From Acidimicrobiales bacterium (GTDB lineage Bacteria > Actinomycetota > Acidimicrobiia > Acidimicrobiales > Bin134): DNA of 64,000 nucleotides. Shown here one piece after another: positions 37,921 to 46,777 of the stretch. The position numbers and the translations under genes were made by a program. The notes under the pieces were generated by a model that did not search any database, was not told the DNA's origin, and saw only the letters and a list, made by a program, of their open reading frames with translations. The stretch's first letter is position 1. Each line of letters begins with the position of its first letter. The DNA is taken from NCBI GenBank assembly GCA_965208805.1, contig OZ242355.1, forward strand, positions 3,194,906 through 3,258,905. The letters are read 5' to 3'.

Positions 37921-38919
37921 CTACTCCTCCTCGGTCTGGGCTAAGAGAACCTTGCCCAGTAGTCCGGTGCCCGACCACACCCGCTGGGTGCGGCCATCAC
38001 AAAAGCTACGCACTCCGGTCATAGCGATGGCCGCCAGCTTGTAGTTGGCCAGCACTTGCCAGAACCGCAACGCAGCCCGAGGCACGGTCCGCCCGGTGCG
38101 GGCCTCATAGGCCGACACCAGGTCTTCCACCTCCCACCGCCCCGGGATCTGGTGCTCGCGCCGGCGAATCGGGTTGGTCACCCAGCCCACATCTTCGGCC
38201 GGATCGCCAAGGTGGACGGTCTCCCAGTCCAACAGCACCTGTACCCGGTCGCCGTCGAACAGCACATTGCCCGGTTTGATGTCGCCGTGGACCACGGCTA
38301 CCTCACCGGGCTCAGGCCGGTTGCGGCGCAGCCACTGCTCAATTTCGGCCAGCACTGGCTGGGGCTCAAGCGACTGGCGCTCAACAACCGCAGCCCACTC
38401 GTCGATGGCCGCCGTGGCCGGGTCGTCCGGCACAGCCATCACCTCGTTCAGCCCGGCACCCCGCCAATCCAAGGCATGGATCTCGATCATCAAGTCCACC
38501 ATTTGCGAAGCGATGCCAACCCGCGTGTCCTCGTCGAGTCGGCTGATGCCGCCTTCCAGAATGAAGTGGTCGTTGAGCCCGTCGTAACGGGTCATCACCA
38601 AGGCCGGACGGCCCAGTTCCGACCCGTCGGCATCCAGCCACACCACCTCGGGGGCCCGCACCGGCTGGTCGTGCAGCCGCCTCAGCACCTCATACTCCAC
38701 CCTGCGGTCAGTTTCGAGCACGCTGCCCACCGGATCCCGTCGAAGAAACAGCCGGCGATGGTGCGACTGGCCGCCATCTTGCCAATACAGATCGAACGGC
38801 CAGTTCTCGCGTGACTGCCCCCCGGTGGCCCGAGCCTCTCCCTCCACCCGAAGCCCGTCGACTTCCCCTAGGCGCCGCCGAATGAACCCCTCCAGCGCAA
38901 TGTCAAAGTCACCGGCCAT
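37921..38919 (-). CDS. phosphotransferase (APH/kinase-like) family protein
   Basis: VVHGDIKPGNVLF (catalytic HGD...N) and LLDWE (DxE-type metal site). Confidence 0.8.
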   Translation of the reverse strand: MAGDFDIALEGFIRRRLGEVDGLRVEGEARATGGQSRENWPFDLYWQDGGQSHHRRLFLRRDPVGSVLETDRRVEYEVLRRLHDQPVRAPEVVWLDADGSELGRPALVMTRYDGLNDHFILEGGISRLDEDTRVGIASQMVDLMIEIHALDWRGAGLNEVMAVPDDPATAAIDEWAAVVERQSLEPQPVLAEIEQWLRRNRPEPGEVAVVHGDIKPGNVLFDGDRVQVLLDWETVHLGDPAEDVGWVTNPIRRREHQIPGRWEVEDLVSAYEARTGRTVPRAALRFWQVLANYKLAAIAMTGVRSFCDGRTQRVWSGTGLLGKVLLAQTEEE

Positions 38920-38950
38920 CAGCGCATCACGCTAGTAGCGCAGGGTTGAG

Positions 38951-39024
38951 TGGAGCTGAGCGGACTCGAACCGCCGGCCTCCTCGTTGCGAACGAGGCGC
39001 TCTAGCCAACTGAGCTACAGCCCC
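38951..39024 (-). tRNA. tRNA-Ala (anticodon CGC)
   Basis: Minus strand GGGGCTGTAGCTCAGTTGGCTAGAGCGCCTCGTTCGCAACGAGGAGGCCGGCGGTTCGAGTCCGCTCAGCTCCA. G3:U70 identity pair, anticodon loop TTCGCAA. Confidence 0.85.
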
Positions 39025-39092
39025 AAAATTTCGAGTCAAGCTTAATGGGGACCGCGCGCCGAACCGCGATTGGAATCAGCAGGAAAGAGAGG

Positions 39093-39620
39093 TCAGCGCT
39101 GGCCGCCGGAGGCCACGTCCCAAGATCGGGGCTGCGGGGCATCCACGTCGATGGGGTTGAGACGCTCCTCGCGGGTGCGCTGGTGCTGCACCAGCATCAT
39201 GGCGTAGCCCAGCAGGAGGGCGTCAATCAGCAGATGAACCACAAGGGCAAAGCCGCCGAAATAAACGGCAAAGACGAACGTGGCCAGCGCGCTGAATATG
39301 AGAGTCACCAGAATGCGGCGCCGACGGCGGCGGGCATCGATTGAGGTGCGGGGAATACCCCGAGTCGAATTCGACCCCATCTGAGAAGCGTACACCCGAG
39401 GGGGCAAAGCGACATTGGGCCGAAGAGCGACCACCGGTGCCGACATTGCCCCCCGCTCAGCGAGGCGGGGATGCACCGAGCGAATGGGAAGGCCAAAACC
39501 GAGTTGGGACGAACGACGCCTGCCCCTGAACTGGCCGTTGCGCGCTCGGCGGATCAGGGGCGGAATCAAAAAGGCAGCCCAAGCGGCTGCCAAGATCATT
39601 AGCAACACTGACGTCACCAA
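39093..39620 (-). CDS. hypothetical membrane protein
   Basis: 175 aa with N-terminal and C-terminal TM segments (VLLMILAAAWAAFLIPPLI; ILVTLIFSALATFVFAVYFGGFALVVHLLIDALLLGYAMMLV). TTG/GTG start uncertain. Confidence 0.5.
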   Translation of the reverse strand: MVTSVLLMILAAAWAAFLIPPLIRRARNGQFRGRRRSSQLGFGLPIRSVHPRLAERGAMSAPVVALRPNVALPPRVYASQMGSNSTRGIPRTSIDARRRRRRILVTLIFSALATFVFAVYFGGFALVVHLLIDALLLGYAMMLVQHQRTREERLNPIDVDAPQPRSWDVASGGQR

Positions 39621-39828
39621 TCTCGGGGGTCCCTTGCAGAATTAATGGTAAGCCGTGACCGCGCGCTCAATGGTGGATGGTCGCGCCTCAGCTCCTCCCG
39701 AAGGATGACCGGGCGCTTCGTGGCCATCTGCCGACGGACATTACGGCTGGTTGACACTTGTTACGGTTCTACTACAAAAAGTCCACCCACGCCACCCGCT
39801 GTATCCACCGATTGTTCGCAGTGGCGAC

Positions 39829-40332
39829 TCAATCGTCGTAGGGCGCGTCAGCGCTCCCCGTGCGGCGGTAGTGGCCGGAGCGTCCACCCGACTTCTCCCA
39901 CAGGGCAACCTCGCCGATCACCATCTCCTTGTCCCGTGACTTGCACATGTCGTAGACGGTCAGTGCGGCCACCGAGCAAGCGGTGAGGGCCTCCATCTCC
40001 ACCCCTGTCCGATCGACCGTTTCCACCTCGGCCTCGATCTCGATATAGGTGTCCTCGATCCTGAAGTTCACCAGCACCGCGCCTACCAGCAGCGGGTGGC
40101 ACAGCGGGATGAGCTCGGGAGTGCGCTTGGCCGCTTGAATGCCCGCCACGCGGGCCACCGCCAGCACATCACCCTTGCCGATGGCCCCTCGGGCCACCGC
40201 CGACGCGGTGTCGGCGCTCATGAACACCTTGGCCCGAGCAATGGCCCGGCGGTGCGAGGGATCCTTGGGAGTAACGTCCACCATTCGGGCCCGCCCGAGG
40301 GGGTCCAGGTGGGTGAACCCGGCGTCGGTCAC
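39829..40332 (-). CDS. moaC: cyclic pyranopterin monophosphate synthase
   Basis: GKGDVLAVARVAGIQAAKRTPELIPLCHPL signature. GTG start 40332-40330. Confidence 0.9.
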   Translation of the reverse strand: MTDAGFTHLDPLGRARMVDVTPKDPSHRRAIARAKVFMSADTASAVARGAIGKGDVLAVARVAGIQAAKRTPELIPLCHPLLVGAVLVNFRIEDTYIEIEAEVETVDRTGVEMEALTACSVAALTVYDMCKSRDKEMVIGEVALWEKSGGRSGHYRRTGSADAPYDD

Positions 40333-40409
40333 GTCAGCCCCTTCGTCACACCAAACCCAATGTCACGTCAGCCCCTTCGTCACACCAAACCCAATGTCAC
40401 GTCAGCCCC
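40328..40409. repeat. perfect 34-bp tandem repeat (2.4 copies) at the moaA stop / moaC start junction
   Basis: Unit gtcacgtcagccccttcgtcacaccaaacccaat at 40328-61 and 40362-95, partial copy at 40396-409. Each copy carries GGGGCTGACGTGAC on the minus strand (stop TGA + GTG). Confidence 0.9.
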
Positions 40410-41472
40410 CGATCTGGGACATCGAGCGGCCAGGGCGGATGAAGTGCACTTGGTTGATGGCGTGTCCGGCCCACTTGTCCTTCACCACATCGGAGATGAC
40501 GGTGGCGATCTCGTCGTCGCTCGCTCCCGAGCGCAGCAACTCCCTGAGATCGTGCTCGTCCACGGCGAACAGGCAGTTGCGGAACATGCCCTCGGCGGTG
40601 AGACGCACCCGGTCACAGCTTCCGCAGAAGGCGTCGGTAACGCTGGCGATCACCCCGAACGAACCCTGCCCGTCGGCGTAGTGCCATACCGCGGCCGGCG
40701 AGTGGGAGCGCTCCACCGGGGCCAGCGGGAATGCCTCGCCCACTGTGGAAACGATCTCGTCGAGAGTGACCACCTTGTCGTTGCTCCACGACAGGTCGGC
40801 GTCTAGGGGCATGAACTCGATGAACCGGACCTCTACACCTTTGTCCCGACCGAATCGGGCGAAGTCCACGATCTCGTCGTCGTTGATGCCCCGCATCATC
40901 ACCGCGTTGACCTTCACCGGACTCAAACCGGCGGTCAAGGCGGCGTCGATCCCGTCGAGCACCCGGTCCAAGTCGTTGCGCCGGGTGAGCTGCTCGAACC
41001 GGTCGGCCTGGAGGGAGTCGAGCGAGATGTTGATGCGCCGCAGTCCAGCCGCAACCAGCTTGTCGGCCAAGAGGCCCAAAGTGGCGCCGTTGGTGGTGAG
41101 GGCCAAATCGACGCCCAACGCGGCCAGCTTCTCCACCAGCACCGGTAGGTTGGCCCGCACGGTGGGTTCGCCGCCGGTGAGCCGGATGCTGTCGATGCCG
41201 AACCGATCGACCATGAGGGCGGCAATGCGCTCGATCTCCTCGAAGGTGAGGAGGTCCTCCCGAGGCAGCCAGTCGAGCCCGTCGGCGGGCATGCAGTACG
41301 TGCAGCGGAAGTTGCAGCGGTCGGTCACCGAAATGCGCAGATCCCGGTGGACCCGCCCGAAACCGTCGATCAGCGCCACGCTCACTCCCCCATTCTGTCC
41401 GAATAACTCGGCAAACACATGGTGGAATCCATTCTGGCCGAATAAGCGGCCGAACACACTGTGGAAAGCCAA
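40402..41472 (-). CDS. moaA: GTP 3',8-cyclase
   Basis: Radical-SAM CNFRCTYCMP, GGEPTVR, and a C-terminal GxxxxxG tail. The true start may be a GTG near 41385 (VSVALIDGFGRVHRDLRISVTDRC). The track start adds a 2 x 13-aa repeat extension. Confidence 0.9.
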   Translation of the reverse strand: MAFHSVFGRLFGQNGFHHVFAELFGQNGGVSVALIDGFGRVHRDLRISVTDRCNFRCTYCMPADGLDWLPREDLLTFEEIERIAALMVDRFGIDSIRLTGGEPTVRANLPVLVEKLAALGVDLALTTNGATLGLLADKLVAAGLRRINISLDSLQADRFEQLTRRNDLDRVLDGIDAALTAGLSPVKVNAVMMRGINDDEIVDFARFGRDKGVEVRFIEFMPLDADLSWSNDKVVTLDEIVSTVGEAFPLAPVERSHSPAAVWHYADGQGSFGVIASVTDAFCGSCDRVRLTAEGMFRNCLFAVDEHDLRELLRSGASDDEIATVISDVVKDKWAGHAINQVHFIRPGRSMSQIGG

Positions 41473-41494
41473 ACCGGCTTCGTTGGGGCTATAG

Positions 41495-42700
41495 CTAGCG
41501 CAGGATCAAAAGCGACACCGGGTCACCCTCATCGAGCCCGTCGCCGTCGGGCAATACGGCCAAGGCATCGGCTGCGGCCATTGCTGACAGCTGATGTGAT
41601 CCCTGACCCCCGGCCGATCGGGCCAAGAACTCGCCGTCGGCGTAGTCCACTCGCACCCGGGCGAAGTGGGTCTTGCCATCGGGTCGGCGGCCCAGTCGCT
41701 CGGCGACGCACCCCCTCACCGGCTGGCGATGCCAGCTGCCAGGAGGATGGCCCATCATCTTGCGCAGACCAGGGCGGGCGAACAGCTCGAATGACACCAT
41801 GGATGACACCGGGTTGCCGGGCAGACCGAACACCGGGACGCCCTCGACCAGGCCGAAGGCCAGGGGTTTGGCCGGTTTGATGGCCACCTGCATCCAGGAC
41901 ATGTCGCCGATCTCGTCGAGGACCTTCTTCACGTAGTCGTAGTCGCCCATGCTCACCCCGCCCGAGGTCAAAAGGGCGTCGCATTTCTCCACTCCGGCCC
42001 GAAGGCCAGCGGAAATCTCTTCCTCGTTATCGGCCATGCTTCCTAAGTCCACCGGATCGCATCCGGCCTCAGCCAGCAGAGCCAACAGAGTGTGCCGGTT
42101 GGAATCGCGGATTTGGCCCCTCTCCAGCGGCTGTGGCCCCTCCACCAACTCGTCGCCGGTGGACATGACCCCGACTCGAGCCTTTGGCCGCACCTTGACC
42201 TGGTACATGCCGAGGCTGGTGAGCACCCCCAAGTGCCCCGGGGTGAGCACCTCTCCCGGACCGAATACCGTCTGGCCCACCGTCAGATCCTCGCCGGCCC
42301 GGCGGATGTGGTTGCCCACGGGCACCGATTGGGCCACGGTCACCTCGGTGCCGTCGGCGCTGGTCTCGGTCAGCTCCACCATCACCACCGCGTCTGCGCC
42401 GGGGGGAATGACGGCACCGGTCATGATGCGGGCAGCCTGTCCGGCACCCACCGTGATGTCGGGCGGCACCCCCGCGGCAATCGTGCCCGCGACGGCCAAA
42501 CTCACCGGCGCATCGGCCACATCGGCCGACCGAACCGCGAAGCCGTCCATCGCCGTGTTGTCGAACGGGGGCACCAACTCGGGCGCCACCACTGTTTCGG
42601 TGGTCACCAAGCCCTGTGCGTCGCCAACGGCCACGGTGACCTCGTCCAGGATGCCACACCCGGCCAGCACCCGCTCCTGAGCCTCAGTCAGTGGGATCAT
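41495..42700 (-). CDS. moeA: molybdopterin molybdotransferase
   Basis: MIPLTEAQERVL start at 42700, overlapping the plsY stop (TGATG). MoeA N-terminal, MoCF and C-terminal regions (SGGVSMGDYDYV, PGNPVSS). Confidence 0.85.
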   Translation of the reverse strand: MIPLTEAQERVLAGCGILDEVTVAVGDAQGLVTTETVVAPELVPPFDNTAMDGFAVRSADVADAPVSLAVAGTIAAGVPPDITVGAGQAARIMTGAVIPPGADAVVMVELTETSADGTEVTVAQSVPVGNHIRRAGEDLTVGQTVFGPGEVLTPGHLGVLTSLGMYQVKVRPKARVGVMSTGDELVEGPQPLERGQIRDSNRHTLLALLAEAGCDPVDLGSMADNEEEISAGLRAGVEKCDALLTSGGVSMGDYDYVKKVLDEIGDMSWMQVAIKPAKPLAFGLVEGVPVFGLPGNPVSSMVSFELFARPGLRKMMGHPPGSWHRQPVRGCVAERLGRRPDGKTHFARVRVDYADGEFLARSAGGQGSHQLSAMAAADALAVLPDGDGLDEGDPVSLLILR

Positions 42701-43329
42701 CACCAAAGCGCCGGTTCTTCTCGCTTCCACATACGACGAATGTTCTCATGGTGGCGGGCAAGAACCACCACTGCAACCCCGATCACCACCAAGACCTCCG
42801 GTGCTGGCCAGCCCTGAATGGCCACTGCGGCCGGCGCGGCCGCCACCGCCACCAACGAGGCCGCCCCAGCTCGCTTGGTTACGGCCAGAGCCACCGCCCA
42901 GACGCCGATGAGGATCACCCCCACCACCGGGGTAAGGGCCAGAAGCATCCCCCCGAAGGTGGCTACCCCCTTGCCTCCTTCGCGGTAACGCCCCAGCGGC
43001 ACGATGTGGCCCACTACGGCCGCCGCTCCGCACGCCGCCCCCACCAATTGATCTGCGAATATCAGGCCGATCCCAGCAGCAATGAACCCCTTTCCCACAT
43101 CGCTGAGCAGCACCCAAGCGGCTGGCCACCGCCCCGCCACCCGATACACGTTGCTGGCCCCCGGGTTCTTGGACCCCTCCCGAGTCGGATCGTGCCCCGT
43201 ATACCTCCCCACCAACAGCGCGCCAGGAAACGTCCCCCACAAATACCCAACCAGGACCAAAACCCATTCCCAGTCCACCCGCCCATCGTAGTGAAACAGA
43301 CCAGAACCCCTCAGATAGCCAAAAAACAA
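42700..43329 (-). CDS. plsY: glycerol-3-phosphate acyltransferase PlsY
   Basis: GSKNPGASNVYRVAG signature, multi-TM. The true start may be GTG 43278. Confidence 0.8.
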   Translation of the reverse strand: MFFGYLRGSGLFHYDGRVDWEWVLVLVGYLWGTFPGALLVGRYTGHDPTREGSKNPGASNVYRVAGRWPAAWVLLSDVGKGFIAAGIGLIFADQLVGAACGAAAVVGHIVPLGRYREGGKGVATFGGMLLALTPVVGVILIGVWAVALAVTKRAGAASLVAVAAAPAAVAIQGWPAPEVLVVIGVAVVVLARHHENIRRMWKREEPALW

Positions 43330-43353
43330 CCGCCACCCCTATCCTTAACTCTC

Positions 43354-43722
43354 GTGCCCGCCTACGACTACAGCTGCCAAACCTGCGGCACCCTCTTCGA
43401 AGTCATCCAATCATTCTCCGAAGATTCTCTAACGGTCTGCCCCAAAGCCGATTCCATCGCCAGCCCCGCGGCCTGCACCCAGCCCGGCAAAGGCCAAGTC
43501 ACCAAGGTGTTCAGCGTCCCCAGCATCACCTTCAAGGGCGACGGTTTCTACCGCAACGACAGCCGCTCAGGAGCCAAGTCGTCCACCATGGCGGGATCGT
43601 CGACCAACGGCGACAGCTCCAACGGAAAAGACAAGTCCGACGCGGGGAAGTCCGACAGCAGCTCATCGGATTCCTCTAGCCGCGAGCCGGCCAAGGCCGC
43701 TTCAAGCTCCTCCGACGACTAG
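43354..43722 (+). CDS. FmdB family zinc-ribbon protein with Ser/Asp-rich tail
   Basis: GTG 43354: VPAYDYSCQTCGTLFEVIQSFSEDSLTVCP...C (CxxC...C zinc ribbon), then a low-complexity S/D/K tail. Confidence 0.75.
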   Translation: MPAYDYSCQTCGTLFEVIQSFSEDSLTVCPKADSIASPAACTQPGKGQVTKVFSVPSITFKGDGFYRNDSRSGAKSSTMAGSSTNGDSSNGKDKSDAGKSDSSSSDSSSREPAKAASSSSDD

Positions 43723-43731
43723 TCGATAGCC

Positions 43732-44532
43732 ATGCCCGAGATCGGCGTCATCGGCGGCTCCGGTCTCTACTCCCTGCTGGACGATGCCGTAGAAGTTCCC
43801 GGCGACAACGCCTTCGGTCCACCGTCGGGGCCGCTCACCATCGGCCTAGTGGACGACATCGAGGTGGCCTTTCTGGCCCGCCACGGCCCCGGCCACCGAT
43901 TCCCAGCCCACAAGGTCAACTACCGGGCCAACCTGTGGGCTCTGCGAAAAGCCGGGGTTCGGGCCATATTCGGTCCCAGCGCCTGCGGCTCGCTGCGCCC
44001 CGAACTGGCCCCCGGCCACGTTGTGGTGTGCGACCAGCTGGTGGACCGAACCTCGGGCCGGGCCGACACCTACTTCGACACCGTCACCAACCACGTCTCG
44101 CTGGCCGACCCCTACTGCGAGGAGCTCCGTCAGCCGCTGCTGCAAGCCGCCGAAACCGAGGGCATGACCGCCCACGACGGGGGCACCATGACGGTGATCT
44201 CCGGCCCCCGCTTCTCCACCCGAGCCGAGTCGCGCTGGTTTCGCAACAGCGGCTGGGACGTGGTGGGGATGACCCAGTACCCCGAGGCCGCCCTCGCCGC
44301 CGAGCTAGGCATCTGCTACGCCACCGCGGCGTTGGTCACCGACTACGACGTGGGCCTAGACGACGACCCCAACATCACGCCAGTAACCCAAGACGAGGTG
44401 TTCGCCTTCTTCGCCCAGAACGTCGACCGAATGCGAGCCGTGCTCTTCGGCGCCATTCGGGCCATCGCCCACAACCTGCCCGACTGCTCTGGTCGCACCA
44501 ACGGCATCGATCCGCCCCTGCCGCAATCCTGA
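43732..44532 (+). CDS. mtnP: S-methyl-5'-thioadenosine phosphorylase
   Basis: MPEIGVIGGSGLY, FLARHG, GPRFSTRAESRWF, MTQYPEAALAAELGICYA. Confidence 0.85.
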   Translation: MPEIGVIGGSGLYSLLDDAVEVPGDNAFGPPSGPLTIGLVDDIEVAFLARHGPGHRFPAHKVNYRANLWALRKAGVRAIFGPSACGSLRPELAPGHVVVCDQLVDRTSGRADTYFDTVTNHVSLADPYCEELRQPLLQAAETEGMTAHDGGTMTVISGPRFSTRAESRWFRNSGWDVVGMTQYPEAALAAELGICYATAALVTDYDVGLDDDPNITPVTQDEVFAFFAQNVDRMRAVLFGAIRAIAHNLPDCSGRTNGIDPPLPQS

Positions 44533-44608
44533 CCCTTTCCATCGCCCCCGATCACCGCTAGCCTGAGCAGCGCTTCCCCCGCTTCATGCATGGCGGAGGA
44601 GCGCGCCG

Positions 44609-45250
44609 GTGGACGCATCTGCTGACGAGGCCGACCAGTCCTTGACGTGGCGGGGATCTCTGTTGGCCCGGCTGCCGGGCGGCCGGCGCAGCTATTGGAT
44701 AGTGGTGGCCGCGGCCGCGGCGGTCACCGGGCTGGTGGTGGCCGCCATAGCCGCCATGGCCGGAGGCGGCCCGTCATTGGGGGAGCTCACTCCGGTGATC
44801 GTGGCCACCCAGACCATCGAAGCCGGAGATCAGCTGAGCGAGCAGAACACCGAAGCCCGGCGGCACCCTGCCCTCACCCTGCCAGCCGGAGCGGTGGCCG
44901 CCCTGGTCGGCGACGAAGTGGCGTCGGCTGCTCTCCATCCCGGTGATGTGGTGACCGCGGCCCGTTTGGGGGGACTGCCCATCGGGGATCGGACCGAAGT
45001 AGCCATTCCCGCCCACACCGCTTTGCCCCCGCTGGCCCCCGGCGACCTCGTGGACGTGCTGGTGACCCTGCCCCTGCCCGGCGACGGCGGTGCCCAGTCC
45101 CAAGCCACGCTCACCGTCGCCACCGCGGCAGTGGTCACCGACACCGCCGAACACGCCGTCACCATCGCGGTCACCACCCAAGAGCTGCTCCCGGTGGCCT
45201 CGGCGGTGATCCAGGGCTCGATCACCCTGGCCCTGGTGCAGTCGGGGTGA
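44609..45250 (+). CDS. SAF-domain protein, CpaB/RcpC-like (Flp pilus assembly)
   Basis: N-terminal TM (YWIVVAAAAAVTGLVVAAIAAMA), then a SAF-like region VIVATQTIEAGDQLSEQN...LPAGAV. No other tad/cpa genes follow; mobile DNA follows instead. Confidence 0.5.
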   Translation: MDASADEADQSLTWRGSLLARLPGGRRSYWIVVAAAAAVTGLVVAAIAAMAGGGPSLGELTPVIVATQTIEAGDQLSEQNTEARRHPALTLPAGAVAALVGDEVASAALHPGDVVTAARLGGLPIGDRTEVAIPAHTALPPLAPGDLVDVLVTLPLPGDGGAQSQATLTVATAAVVTDTAEHAVTIAVTTQELLPVASAVIQGSITLALVQSG

Positions 45251-45275
45251 ACAGCGGAACCGCAGAGGCTGGTCA

Positions 45276-45289
45276 CCCCCCCCCCCCCC
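45276..45289. repeat. homopolymeric C14 tract
   Basis: 14 consecutive C, counted directly, at the left edge of the IS110 region. A C7 tract sits at 46771-46777 on the other side. Confidence 0.95.
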
Positions 45290-46770
45290 TTTACGTTGTT
45301 GGGTGGCCTCTGGCGTGGGAGTGTTGGGGGCTGGTTGCTCGCCGCGGCGGGTAGGGCTTTGTCCCCCTGTCGTTTGAGGGCTCGGGGGGTGGTGCCGCCC
45401 GCTGCGGGGGGCGTCTGGGACCTCTGACAGGGACGTGTCCGCGGGTTCGGCCCGCAGGGCTTTGCAAAGAGTGGTTGAGGCGCAGGCGCCTGGGGCTTCC
45501 GAGTTGTTTGTTCCCGGACCTGGAGGGCCCGACATGCCACAGACCGATCACGCGGCCGGCGAGGTGTTCGTCGGCATCGACGTCGCCAAGGCGGACCATT
45601 GGGCGCACGCGGTGGCCGCGGGCGGCAAGGAGTTGTTCTCGCGGGCGGTGGCCAACGATGAGGCCGCTATCGACGCTTTGATTGACGAGGCGACCGGCTG
45701 TGGTGCTGTGGTGCTGGTCATCGACCAGACGGGGTCGGCGGCGTTGTTGCTGTTGGAGGCGGCGGCGAACAGGGGCGTGCCGGTGGCCTATGTGCCGGGG
45801 CTGGTGATGCGCCGGGCCGCGGATCTGTACGCGGGGGCGGCCAAGACCGACCCCAAGGACGCGTTCGTGTTGGCCGACTACGCCAGCCGCAACTCCGACC
45901 GGCTCCAGCGGGCTGCGCCCGCCGACGAGCTGCTGGCGCGGCTGAGGGTGCTCAACGGGCGAGACGCCGATCTGGCCGCCGACGCCACCCGGGCCTCCAA
46001 CCGGCTCAGGGACGCCTTGTTGGCCGTATGCCCGCCGCTGGAGCGGGCGGTGGGAGACCACCTCGCCGCCACCGCCGGGCTGCGCCAGGCCCTCGTGCGC
46101 TGGCCGACGCCGACCGCGCTCCACCGGGCGGGAAGAGCCCGCATCCGGACCGCGATCGCCCGGCGCAACCCCCGCAAAGCCGAATCCCTCGCCGACGCGA
46201 TCTGCGCGGCGCTCAAATCCCAGACCATCACCGTGGCCGCCGAGGCCTCCTGGGGCGAGGCCATCGCAGACCTCGCCTCGGACCTGGACCGCATCGCAGC
46301 CCGCCGCCGCCAGCTCCAAGGAGACATCGAGGAAGCGTTCATGGAACACCCGCTGGGAAAAGCCCTGTCCACAATGTGCGGGTTCGGCCCCCGAACCGGC
46401 GCCCGCGCCCTCGCTGAGATCGGCGACCCCCACCGCTTCGACAACGGATCACGCCTCGCCTCCTACGCCGGGCTCGCCCCCGTCGACTCCCAATCAGGCC
46501 GCAGCCACACCACCCGGGCCAGCCGCCGCCACAACCACCGGCTCAAAAACGCCATGTTCCAAGCCGCCTTCACCGCCTACCGATACGACCCCCACGCCGC
46601 CGCCTACTACCGGAAAAAACGGGCAGAAGGCAAAAAGCACAACCAAGCCATCACCGCCCTCGCCCGCAAACGCTGCAACATCGTACTCGCCATCCTCAAA
46701 ACCCAAACCCCCTACCAACCCCCCCACACCGAAAACCTGCCCCAAGCGGCTTGACAACACCACAGGGACA
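45290..46770 (+). mobile_element. IS110-family insertion sequence (boundaries approximate)
   Basis: Transposase 45534..46754 with a 244-nt non-coding left end and only 16 nt after the stop. The element is bracketed by C-runs. No inverted repeats, as expected for IS110. Confidence 0.6.
45534..46754 (+). CDS. IS110 family transposase/recombinase
   Basis: ATG 45534 after GGAGGG. VFVGIDVAKADHWAHAV (DEDD N-terminal domain) and C-terminal GFGPRTGARALAEIGDPHRFDNGSRLASYAGLAPVDSQSG. Confidence 0.85.
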   Translation: MPQTDHAAGEVFVGIDVAKADHWAHAVAAGGKELFSRAVANDEAAIDALIDEATGCGAVVLVIDQTGSAALLLLEAAANRGVPVAYVPGLVMRRAADLYAGAAKTDPKDAFVLADYASRNSDRLQRAAPADELLARLRVLNGRDADLAADATRASNRLRDALLAVCPPLERAVGDHLAATAGLRQALVRWPTPTALHRAGRARIRTAIARRNPRKAESLADAICAALKSQTITVAAEASWGEAIADLASDLDRIAARRRQLQGDIEEAFMEHPLGKALSTMCGFGPRTGARALAEIGDPHRFDNGSRLASYAGLAPVDSQSGRSHTTRASRRHNHRLKNAMFQAAFTAYRYDPHAAAYYRKKRAEGKKHNQAITALARKRCNIVLAILKTQTPYQPPHTENLPQAA

Positions 46771-46777
46771 CCCCCCC

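Noticed and set aside
39621-39828. 208-bp intergenic region with TTGACA-N17-like promoter hexamers on the plus strand; considered as a small RNA gene or riboswitch.
   Set aside because: There is no plus-strand gene downstream (all genes from 39829 to 43329 are on the minus strand). I could find no convincing conserved secondary structure or recognisable RNA family by eye. A Moco riboswitch would be expected upstream of the operon, not 3' of moaC.
40328-40409. Possible CRISPR array (regular short direct repeats here and at 61269..61376).
   Set aside because: The repeat units are directly abutting with no unique spacers, there are only 2-3 copies, and they overlap gene termini. They are tandem duplications, not CRISPR.
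42691-43353. N-terminal 221 codons of the 343-aa plus-strand track ORF 42691..43722.
   Set aside because: This part is antisense to plsY and is Pro/His/Arg-rich. Only the FmdB zinc-ribbon part from GTG 43354 looks genuine.
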